This document shows positions 9,335-17,684 of a stretch of 64,000 nt of DNA, in pieces. How positions within the stretch are numbered: position 1 is the stretch's first letter; each line of letters begins with the position of its first letter. The notes below the pieces were generated by a model. The model searched no databases. It had not been told where the DNA came from and saw nothing but the letters and a program-made list of their open reading frames with translations. Position numbers and translations under genes: made by a program. Origin of the DNA: an uncultured Chlamydiales bacterium (GTDB lineage: Bacteria; Chlamydiota; Chlamydiia; Chlamydiales; Rhabdochlamydiaceae). The stretch spans positions 992,001-1,056,000 of the forward strand of contig OY969554.1 of assembly GCA_963700985.1 (NCBI GenBank), in the 5' to 3' direction.

Positions 9335-10840
9335 ATGCACATTATTCATGTTGCCACAGAACTTGCCCCGATTGCCAAAGTCGGCGGATTGGGCGACGTG
9401 CTCTATGGGCTTTCAAAGGCACTCGTCAAGAAACAAAAAAATGTTGAGATCATTATTCCAAAGTATGACTGTATCGATTACAGCCAATTAAAACATCTAA
9501 AAGTTGAGCTGCCGGAACTGCTTTGCACCGAAGGATCTACGCAGATCAACAACACCATCTGGTCGTGTGAGTTAGAAAATTTAAAGGTGCTATTTCTCGA
9601 AGCACATCACCCGTTAGATTACTTCAATCGAGAAAAGATCTATGGCTGCCCTGATGACATCGAACGCTTCACCTATTTTTGCAGAGCCACCCTCGAGTTT
9701 CTGCTGCAATCTAAACGCGGGCCGGAAATCATCCACCTCCACGACTGGCCCACAGCGCTCATCGCACCGCTATATAAAGAGGTCTATCAGCCACTCGGCT
9801 TAAAAACACAGGGCATCGTACTCACCCTGCATAATTTAGAATATCAAGGAAAGTGCCTTCCCAGACAGGTTACACGCGTAGGACTTAATCTAGAAAAGCC
9901 AGAGGTCCGCGAAAAGATGCAAGACCCAGCTATTCCAGCCAGCATTAACCTGCTCAAAGGCGGAATCGAATATGCCGATCAGATCACAGCAGTCTCCCCT
10001 ACCTATCTGAAAGAGATCCTTACGCACAAAGATGGATTTGGCTTACATAGCGTGCTCGTCAAGCATGAGAAAAAGCTTACCGGCATCTTAAATGGCATCG
10101 ATGAAGAGTATTGGGATCCAGCTAAAGATCCGCTTCTGCTTAAACGCTATAATACCAAAGAAATTACCCGTCCTGAAAGCTTCCAAGCTGTGCTCGAAGC
10201 AAAAGCTGAGAATCGCCGTCATCTACGCCGCCATTTCAATTTGCGAGAAGGTGATTACGCGCTAGTGGGTTCGATCACGCGTCTTGTGCCGCAAAAAGGC
10301 CCCGAGCTTCTTCTTTACGCCTTAAAGCGCACGCTACTAAAAGGCGCAGAGTTTGTGCTTCTGGGCTCCGATCACGGTTCTGCAATTGAAAAGGCCTTTC
10401 TTCCTTGGAATGGAAGAGAACAGAAAGTGGGGATCTCCATCGATTATAATGAGGCGCTCTCTCATCTGATCTTTGCCGGAGCAGACATGCTGCTTATCCC
10501 CTCGCGCTTTGAGCCCTGCGGGCTTACCCAACTCATCTCACTACGCTATGGCACCGTACCCATCGTACGTCGCACCGGTGGCCTGGCAGACACGGTTTTC
10601 GATATCGATACTTCAGATCGCCCAGAAAACGAGCGGAATGGTTTTACTTTTGATTATTTCGATGCAGGCGGCATCGACTGGGCGCTAGATCGCGCACTAA
10701 ATTGTTGGGCAAACGATCGCCCAAAGTGGGAAAAGATCATGCAGAATGGCATGCGAAAAGATTTCAGCTGGGCAAAATCCGCCGACACTTATCTCGCACT
10801 TTACCAAGCCCTACTCACCAAAAAGGAAAAAGCTGCTTAG
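9335..10840 (+). CDS. glgA: Glycogen synthase (start refined to MHIIHVATE)
   Basis: KVGGLGDV, HDW, TLHNLEYQG and PSRFEPCGLTQ motifs. Confidence 0.96.
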   Translation: MHIIHVATELAPIAKVGGLGDVLYGLSKALVKKQKNVEIIIPKYDCIDYSQLKHLKVELPELLCTEGSTQINNTIWSCELENLKVLFLEAHHPLDYFNREKIYGCPDDIERFTYFCRATLEFLLQSKRGPEIIHLHDWPTALIAPLYKEVYQPLGLKTQGIVLTLHNLEYQGKCLPRQVTRVGLNLEKPEVREKMQDPAIPASINLLKGGIEYADQITAVSPTYLKEILTHKDGFGLHSVLVKHEKKLTGILNGIDEEYWDPAKDPLLLKRYNTKEITRPESFQAVLEAKAENRRHLRRHFNLREGDYALVGSITRLVPQKGPELLLYALKRTLLKGAEFVLLGSDHGSAIEKAFLPWNGREQKVGISIDYNEALSHLIFAGADMLLIPSRFEPCGLTQLISLRYGTVPIVRRTGGLADTVFDIDTSDRPENERNGFTFDYFDAGGIDWALDRALNCWANDRPKWEKIMQNGMRKDFSWAKSADTYLALYQALLTKKEKAA

Positions 10841-10845
10841 TTTTC

Positions 10846-12060
10846 TTAGACCCAGAGTCTGTGCAAGAAGCGGCCCAAGCCTTGCCAGATCCAAGAAAGA
10901 GCAAACCCAATCCCTGCCAGCATCTGCTCCCAGCAGGAAAGCGGAAGGGGGTTCCCGTCAAGTTTAAGATCGTTTATGCCAGGCGGCAAGCGCTCATGAA
11001 TTTCTTCCTGTGTCAGATCAATCAGGTTGTGCGAGATGTAAAGTAATCTAAGTGCCGCACACTGCCTAAGATCTGGGTGAATGGCGGTGATCTCGTTTGA
11101 TGAAATATCAAAAACTTCTAGCGCAGTACATTGCCCAATCCCTGCAGGAAAGGCCGTAAGCCGGTTTCCATTCAGGAAAAGAGCCTTTAGCCTATTAAGC
11201 TGCCCAATGTTAGGGAAATCTGTAAGCTGATTTTCAGCGAGATCGAGTCGTGTAAGTTGCTCACACTGCATTAGCTCAGCTGGAAGGCTAGTTAGCTGGT
11301 TTCCTGCAAGAGTAAGATGTTCTAACGCTGTAAGACGTCCAATTCCGCGCGGCATGCTTGTAAGCCTGTTGCCTCCGAGATCGAGAATCTTTAACTTTGT
11401 ACATTTTTCAATTTCAGCAGAAAGTGTAACAAGATACTGATCTGGAAGAAATTCACGTGATTCTGCCGGAAGAAAAAGTTGTGTCAGACCTGTAAATAAC
11501 CCGATTTGCGGAGGAAGATACTTTAGACCACAGCTGTAAAAATTAAGGGCGGTGATTGCACTAAGCTCAACTCTATGCTGCTCCATCCAAGTTTCAATAG
11601 CAGCGATCTTTTGCACCAGTCTTCCCTCTAGCCCGTCATATAGCTCGTCATAAAACTGCTGAGCTTGTGGAAGTGCAGCTCCTATTCGCGTAGCAAAAAT
11701 ACAAAAAAAATCACAGAGAATTTCAGCTGATTGTTTTGAAAGTGCGGCTAATCGGTCGGGATCGAGAATGGAGGCAGTAGCCACAGGAACCGTCATATCC
11801 GCCGCATGAGCTATTATTCGTTCATAAACAGCTTTAACGCGCGCAGCATAGGTGGGAAACTGAAGCTGCGTGACTTTGTGCACATCTCGCGCAAGCTGAG
11901 GCTTTTGCAGATATGCGTTCCAAAGCTGTGTATAAGTATGCTCAGAAACCTCTTGTCGAAACCGTTTTGCAACAGGTTCCAAAACAGCAGGATTTCCGAC
12001 AAACTCCGCGATGCAATTTAACGGATCTCGGTTCAGAGTTCCTAATCTAGAAACCACCAT
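10846..12060 (-). CDS. Leucine-rich-repeat protein with F-box-like N-terminus; candidate effector
   Basis: Repeated LxxLxLxxNxLxxLPxxIG units; N-terminal LNRDPLNCIAEFV; hydrophobic C-terminal tail. Confidence 0.85.
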   Translation of the reverse strand: MVVSRLGTLNRDPLNCIAEFVGNPAVLEPVAKRFRQEVSEHTYTQLWNAYLQKPQLARDVHKVTQLQFPTYAARVKAVYERIIAHAADMTVPVATASILDPDRLAALSKQSAEILCDFFCIFATRIGAALPQAQQFYDELYDGLEGRLVQKIAAIETWMEQHRVELSAITALNFYSCGLKYLPPQIGLFTGLTQLFLPAESREFLPDQYLVTLSAEIEKCTKLKILDLGGNRLTSMPRGIGRLTALEHLTLAGNQLTSLPAELMQCEQLTRLDLAENQLTDFPNIGQLNRLKALFLNGNRLTAFPAGIGQCTALEVFDISSNEITAIHPDLRQCAALRLLYISHNLIDLTQEEIHERLPPGINDLKLDGNPLPLSCWEQMLAGIGFALSWIWQGLGRFLHRLWV

Positions 12061-12089
12061 ATTTTTTTCTTGCCTATCAACAGGGAGTT

Positions 12090-12542
12090 TTAAGCTTCTT
12101 CAATAGTCGCTTGGCTACTATTAGCTTGGTCACTAACAGACGAAGATACAGACGAAGATTCCGGCGCTGGAATGGGCGGAACAGGCACAGGCGGATTGGT
12201 CGCTTCAAATATTTTACTAAAAGAATTTACCAGATCGTTAAACCCAAGGATTCCACGAACCAAGGCTTCAATGACCGCAACAATGATCAATGCCGAGCAG
12301 CATAGCTCGCCAATTGCCTTTCGAACAAGTCTTTCACCCTCTCCCATTATACGATCACTAGGCCCTTTCTGAAATTCTCTGATTGAGGGAATCAAACTAA
12401 GACATACAGAAGAAAATTGACAGTTAGTTTGTTGCCCTATTGGATTATTCGGTCTTACTTCATTATCTCTGAGTGGAGGAATTAAATTAAAGCTTACAGA
12501 AGGAAATTGATAGCTATTTTGCCGTACTATTGGACCACTCAT
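12090..12542 (-). CDS. Small hypothetical membrane protein related to the 39-42 kb paralog family
   Basis: RKAIGELCCSALIIVAVIEALVRGILG resembles RKFVGGLGCAAIALLAVIETVVRGVLS; GAGG SD. Confidence 0.65.
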   Translation of the reverse strand: MSGPIVRQNSYQFPSVSFNLIPPLRDNEVRPNNPIGQQTNCQFSSVCLSLIPSIREFQKGPSDRIMGEGERLVRKAIGELCCSALIIVAVIEALVRGILGFNDLVNSFSKIFEATNPPVPVPPIPAPESSSVSSSVSDQANSSQATIEEA

Positions 12543-12640
12543 AATTACCTCTTTATTTTATTTAGTAATCAATACATAAACATTACATTGATGCACAGAT
12601 TATACAACTAAATTAATTAAGTAGGAATACGAATGATTCT

Positions 12641-13231
12641 TTAATTTCTTATTAAAGCTTTTCTTATATAAATTCTATTTGCATAAATGTATTCTACACC
12701 AGAATAAAGCGTGTAAATACATGCAATTAAAACACTAATTAAACTAATTTTTTGTAACGAGTGAAGTTCAAGATGGCCTAAAGAATAAGGTATCATTAAA
12801 ATTATAATTAAAAATGCCACTACCGCTTGGATGACAGCTTTAATTTTACCGCTTAAACGCGCTCCTAAAGCCACGCCTCGCAGCGCACAGAGAGTGCGTA
12901 GAGTGCTGATGATCGTATCGCGATAGAAGAAGAATAGGACGAGCAGAAGTGGAAGTTGAATAAATCCTTGAGTGAACGTCAAAAAAACAGTTAAACGAAA
13001 GATGCTATCTGCCATCGGGTCGAGTAGCTTACCCAGTTCTGTCACCTGATTCTTCTTACGCGCAAAAAAGCCATCAAAAAGGTCGGATAGCTCAGAAATG
13101 CCAAGTAAAATAATCAGTATATAAGGAAGCAGCGTTAGGCTGATCCCGATTTGCAAATGATAGAGATAGATAATGAGGAAGAGAGGGCTTAAGAGAATAC
13201 GAACCAGCGTAAAGGAGAGAGCGATGCTCAC
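12641..13231 (-). CDS. pgsA: CDP-diacylglycerol--glycerol-3-phosphate 3-phosphatidyltransferase
   Basis: DLFDGFFARKKNQVTELGKLLDPMAD CDP-alcohol phosphotransferase motif. Confidence 0.9.
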   Translation of the reverse strand: MSIALSFTLVRILLSPLFLIIYLYHLQIGISLTLLPYILIILLGISELSDLFDGFFARKKNQVTELGKLLDPMADSIFRLTVFLTFTQGFIQLPLLLVLFFFYRDTIISTLRTLCALRGVALGARLSGKIKAVIQAVVAFLIIILMIPYSLGHLELHSLQKISLISVLIACIYTLYSGVEYIYANRIYIRKALIRN

Positions 13232-13295
13232 AGCTAAGACCTCGTTTTAAGAGGAATAGTAGCCGTTTAGTAAAAATTCTTGCATCAGCTTTCTT

Positions 13296-14327
13296 TCAAC
13301 TTTCTCTTAAAGCGAGCTGTCCGCACGCGGCAGCGATGTCTTTTCCCTTGGTAAAACGCCATGTGACGTTCAATCCGCGGTCGGTTAAAACACCTTTAAA
13401 AGCTTCGATTCCTTCTTTACTTGGACGGCTAAGATGCAGGCCTTCAACCGGATTATAAGGAATTAAATTGACGGTACACTGCTCGCCTTGCAGCAAATGT
13501 GCGAGTTCTTTTGCTTCCTCAAGACCATCATTAATCCCTGCCATGAGCGTATATTCGTAGGTGATATCGCGACGGGTCTTTTCAGCATAAAAACGCATGG
13601 CCTTAAGAATATCTTCCAATGCATACTTACGTGCGTAGGGGATAATTTTTTGGCGAATACGCTGATTGGGTGCATGCAGAGAAAGCACGAGATTAACTTT
13701 GAGTTCTTCATAGGCAAACTGCGTAATTCTATCAATCACACCCACGGTTGAAACCGTAATGCGGCGCTGTGAAAGCCCAAGCCTTGTAGTGTCGCAGAGC
13801 AGCGCAATGGATTTTACCACCTCGTCATAATTTTCCAAGGGTTCGCCCATGCCCATGTAAACCACGTGCGAAACGCGCTCGCCGATTTTGGTGAGCTGGC
13901 GATGGATTTCAAACACCTGTTCGAAGATCTCAGCAGCAGTTAAGTTGCGAATAAGCCCTTTTTTGCCTGAAGCGCAGAAAGCACAACGCGCAGGACAACC
14001 AACTTGAGAAGAGACGCAAACCGTCCGCCTATCAAAAGAACGAATCAAAACAGATTCGACGAGCTTGCCATCGGCTAATTCCCACAAATACTTAGTGGTC
14101 TCATTATCAGAAGATTCAACTGTTTCACGGAGTTTAAGTGTGTTTAGCTGAAAGCCGCCGGATAGTTTTTGGCGCGCAACTGCGTTCAGATTGGTCATCT
14201 GAGCCCAGTCTGTCACTCCTTTTTGGTAGATCCAATCTAGGATTTGACCTGCGCGAAATGGTTTTTCGTCGTTGGCAAGCAGCCACTCTTTGAGTTCTGC
14301 TTCTGTCGTGCTGTGAAGTGATTTCAT
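13296..14327 (-). CDS. rlmN: Dual-specificity RNA methyltransferase RlmN
   Basis: CVSSQVGCPARCAFCASG, MGMGEPL, SLHAP and AACGQL motifs. Confidence 0.96.
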   Translation of the reverse strand: MKSLHSTTEAELKEWLLANDEKPFRAGQILDWIYQKGVTDWAQMTNLNAVARQKLSGGFQLNTLKLRETVESSDNETTKYLWELADGKLVESVLIRSFDRRTVCVSSQVGCPARCAFCASGKKGLIRNLTAAEIFEQVFEIHRQLTKIGERVSHVVYMGMGEPLENYDEVVKSIALLCDTTRLGLSQRRITVSTVGVIDRITQFAYEELKVNLVLSLHAPNQRIRQKIIPYARKYALEDILKAMRFYAEKTRRDITYEYTLMAGINDGLEEAKELAHLLQGEQCTVNLIPYNPVEGLHLSRPSKEGIEAFKGVLTDRGLNVTWRFTKGKDIAAACGQLALRES

Positions 14328-14578
14328 TAAATAGTTTTCTGGTGGCGAGCGTGCAGGATCTGGTAATTATTTGTACGTCTTTCTCTTTGAGCAAGCATGC
14401 GATTAGCTTCTTTTGCTTCTTCGAGCAGTTTGCGCACATTTGCAATGCTGCGATTGATAACGCTCGACGCGCTGCGGTAGATCAATTGCTGCAAATCGCA
14501 TGGCGTAATCTTTGCATTCAAAGAAAGCAGATTAACTGATCCTTTTCTAGCTGAGCTCAAAGCCGATAATGCTGCCAT
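14327..14578 (-). CDS. Small hypothetical protein (start probably ATG 14578)
   Basis: GGGAG SD before ATG 14578; stop overlaps the rlmN start (TAATG). Confidence 0.5.
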   Translation of the reverse strand: MAALSALSSARKGSVNLLSLNAKITPCDLQQLIYRSASSVINRSIANVRKLLEEAKEANRMLAQRERRTNNYQILHARHQKTI

Positions 14579-14660
14579 AAAGATTCTCCCTAATGTGAAT
14601 GGAATAATTCTACTCCATACAATAGAAAAGTTCAAGGGAAGCGGACGTGAAGTAAAAATT

Positions 14661-15467
14661 TTAATTAGCCGGACTTCTTTTCCAGAAGGCGCCCTTTACA
14701 TTCTTCCATCCCCAGCTGAGCAGGCGCAGGTTGCTGCGCGCCATCCAAGCGACTAAAGCAGGGCTAAGACCAAAATAGATGATGATAATGGCTAACGTCT
14801 CCAGAAAATTACGTATAATTTTTTTAAGTGGAGAAAAACGATATTCGTAATCTGTGAGCACACGTCGGAAAAACATTTTTTCAAAATTAGGCGCAAGATA
14901 GAGACGACAGATCAGATCAAAGCCACTTTGTAGAGCAAAGAAAGTGCGGAAGCCGCCAACGCTTTCAATGGCAGTTTTGCGGAACCAGTAAGCTTGCAAC
15001 GAAGGTGAGATTTTCCCGCCTTTCAGCGCCAGGCGGCTCAGTGGCTCCATGAGCACCTGTGAAGGCGACATGCTATGCCGCTGCATACAGCCGCATGCGA
15101 TTAAATCTGAGGATGGATTGGTTTCGATAAATTTCGCTTGGAAAGTAAGCGCATGTCTTGAGAGATAGTATTCTCCAGGCAACAGAAAGTGCACATACTC
15201 GCCTTTTACTAGCGTCAAAGCTTGATTCATCATTGCAAAGACATTCGAGCTCTTGGCGAAAATCACCTGATGGATTTTAGATTGATATGAGGCGATGGTG
15301 GTATTTTCGCTCGTCTGGCCATCGACCAAGATGATCTCAAACCGCGCAAAATCCTGAGAAAGAATGCTATCTAACGTGAACGGGAGCAGATGTGCGCTGC
15401 CCTCAGGTACGGCCACCACAATCGAAAATAGTGGGTGTTCAGACATGCCCCTACTATAACCCATCAC
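14661..15467 (-). CDS. Glycosyltransferase family 2-like protein
   Basis: FSIVV...LDSILSQDF..FEIILVDGQ; AMMNQAL..VKGEYVHFL. Confidence 0.85.
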   Translation of the reverse strand: MMGYSRGMSEHPLFSIVVAVPEGSAHLLPFTLDSILSQDFARFEIILVDGQTSENTTIASYQSKIHQVIFAKSSNVFAMMNQALTLVKGEYVHFLLPGEYYLSRHALTFQAKFIETNPSSDLIACGCMQRHSMSPSQVLMEPLSRLALKGGKISPSLQAYWFRKTAIESVGGFRTFFALQSGFDLICRLYLAPNFEKMFFRRVLTDYEYRFSPLKKIIRNFLETLAIIIIYFGLSPALVAWMARSNLRLLSWGWKNVKGAFWKRSPAN

Positions 15468-15476
15468 CCATTCAAA

Positions 15477-16493
15477 TTACAAGGCGCTCTTCTCCTTTTC
15501 ATCCCGTAAAATTTTAAAAGACTTAGTGATCCGAAAATTATGCACAGCCGAATCTAATTTGCAGGTCAATCCACGAATATCGATAATCCGTGTAAAAGGA
15601 GCTGGATCCATAATGTAAGCCTTCAGTTTCTTCAAACTCTTGATATTTCGCACATCAACTACATGCAACCTAGGTCCACACTGAACAGATAGACATTCTA
15701 ATTGTGGCAATTTTAAGGCTGAAAATTCAAAAGCTGGTTTAGTGAGTTCTCTATCAATGAACTGACGCTCATCTTCCGGAAGATGTTCCCGATATTCCTT
15801 TGAAGCACTGTTTTGCAAATGATCAAGATCTAAAAAAAGCACAGTTAAATTAACTAAGCGATTAATCGCTTGAGCAGTAAATATTTGCTTACAATAGTTG
15901 AGCGTGAGACAGGTAACTTCTCTGCTTTGGTCGAATAGATCTTTTAATCCTTCTTCATTAAGCGCTGAATGATAAAACTCAAGCATCTGCCGATTTTTCC
16001 ATTGAGAGACCGCCATTGCCGTTGGAACAGTTATTCCTGTTTCGTTCGCACTAAATAGCTGAAAAGAAGATCGATGCGGACCATCTCTCATTCCTATTTT
16101 CAGTGTTGGATTTTGTGCTTGACGTAGACAGGATATACTTATTAAGTGCCTTGTCCATGCCATACCTGTTTTACGACAAAGCATCTCAGCATCAAAAGAA
16201 TCTTCTGGATGAGCCCACATGTCACGTTCGAAAGGCAAAAAGGATAAGACAATATCTTGTAGATCTCCAATAAGAAGAATATCTAAAGGCAGTGGATAGC
16301 GCGGCTCGCCGCGTCTTTCATTTCTGTCGCCTCGAAGACGCTCAGCTGCCAGCTGAGTAATGAGTTTTCGGCATGTCGTTTGTTCAGCAGCGCTTGGTTT
16401 TTTATGAAGAAATCCAGCTATGCGATCACCGATCCCATTATTAATCCTCGGAAAACGTTCTAATACTGGATTTGCTCTAACTAACAAAGACAT
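15477..16493 (-). CDS. Hypothetical F-box-like/degenerate LRR protein, paralog A
   Basis: LPLDILLIGDLQDIVLSFLP; clear similarity to the adjacent ORF. Confidence 0.7.
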   Translation of the reverse strand: MSLLVRANPVLERFPRINNGIGDRIAGFLHKKPSAAEQTTCRKLITQLAAERLRGDRNERRGEPRYPLPLDILLIGDLQDIVLSFLPFERDMWAHPEDSFDAEMLCRKTGMAWTRHLISISCLRQAQNPTLKIGMRDGPHRSSFQLFSANETGITVPTAMAVSQWKNRQMLEFYHSALNEEGLKDLFDQSREVTCLTLNYCKQIFTAQAINRLVNLTVLFLDLDHLQNSASKEYREHLPEDERQFIDRELTKPAFEFSALKLPQLECLSVQCGPRLHVVDVRNIKSLKKLKAYIMDPAPFTRIIDIRGLTCKLDSAVHNFRITKSFKILRDEKEKSAL

Positions 16494-16533
16494 AGAAACC
16501 TCAATTTATTAAATAATTAACACGGAATAGCAT

Positions 16534-17397
16534 CTATATGCTTACTTCACGCAAAACTTTAAAACGCGGATCATTTACATAGTCACTCACTTTGCAGGCC
16601 GTTCCACGTACATCGATAACCCTTGTAAAGCGAGCAGAACCAAAAATCGTAATATCCAAGGTCTTCAAACTTTTGAGGTTTCTGACATCGACCACATGCA
16701 AATCAGGTCCCCAGTTCAGGGTTAGTCTGATTAAATTTGGTAATTTTAATGCTGAAAAATCAAACGCTGGTTTGTCGAGCTTTCTATCAATGAGCTGACG
16801 CTCATTTTCTGGAAGATGTGGACTGTACTCTTTAGAGGCAGCATTTTGAAATTGACTACTCTGCAATACAAGAACGTTCAGATTAACTAAGTGATTGATT
16901 GATTGCGCAGCAAATATTTGCCTGCAACCTGCAATTTTGAAGTATGAAACCCCGATGCACTTTTGCAGTAGTTCGTCTAAATTATCGTCGTTAATATCTG
17001 AGTCCGTAATCTCAAGATATTTCTGGTTTTTCCAATGAGTGCTTGCTTTTTCATACGGAGAGACTGCTCTCTCATCATCTGCACCGTTTAACTGATATGA
17101 AGCCGGTTGTCCATATATTTTCAGCCTGGGATATTCGGCTTGGCGCACCCAGGCTATATTCCTTAGGTGCTCTGAGCACGCTTTACCGGTTTTAAGACAA
17201 AGCATCTCAATGTCAAAAAAATCGGCTGTATGTTCAAGAAATCCGTTTCTTTCGTATTTAAACGGCAGAAAAGACAGGACAATATCTTGTAGGTCTTTAA
17301 TAAGAGGAATATCTAAAGGCAAAGGTTCGCCAGGCATCTCATCTCTCTCACTCGGAAAACGTTCTAATGCTGGACTTGCCCTAATTACCAAAGACAT
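16534..17397 (-). CDS. Hypothetical F-box-like/degenerate LRR protein, paralog B
   Basis: LPLDIPLIKDLQDIVLSFLP; shares ASKEY..HLPE.ERQ.IDR.L.KPAF.FSALKLP with paralog A. Confidence 0.7.
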   Translation of the reverse strand: MSLVIRASPALERFPSERDEMPGEPLPLDIPLIKDLQDIVLSFLPFKYERNGFLEHTADFFDIEMLCLKTGKACSEHLRNIAWVRQAEYPRLKIYGQPASYQLNGADDERAVSPYEKASTHWKNQKYLEITDSDINDDNLDELLQKCIGVSYFKIAGCRQIFAAQSINHLVNLNVLVLQSSQFQNAASKEYSPHLPENERQLIDRKLDKPAFDFSALKLPNLIRLTLNWGPDLHVVDVRNLKSLKTLDITIFGSARFTRVIDVRGTACKVSDYVNDPRFKVLREVSI

Positions 17398-17430
17398 AAA
17401 AACCTCAATTTATTAAATAATTAATAAAGT

Positions 17431-17459
17431 ATTATAATATAAATATTATTAAAAATCAA
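17431..17459 (-). promoter_or_regulatory. Sigma66-type promoter for the 17397 gene
   Basis: TTGATT-17 nt-TATAAT on the minus strand. Confidence 0.6.
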
Positions 17460-17547
17460 ATAAAATCACTAAGAGTAACAACAGATTAGTTTAACCTAAA
17501 CAACTTAAAATAAGTGTTTTACGGCATTTTAGAGCTAAAATATTTTA

Positions 17548-17574
17548 TATCCTGCAAATCCTGTAAATGATTTA
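17548..17574. repeat. Dispersed intergenic repeat (CAGGAT-type)
   Basis: Reverse complement matches 49429-49455 at 25 of 27 nt. Confidence 0.6.
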
Positions 17575-17684
17575 TCAAAAAGAGCTTGGCTGGCTATGAA
17601 ACTTACTTTTCATACCCTAGTGCTCCCACAAAGATGTAAAGCTGCGGCTTGAAAAATTCGCAAGCAGCTTCTAAGATGGTCTTC

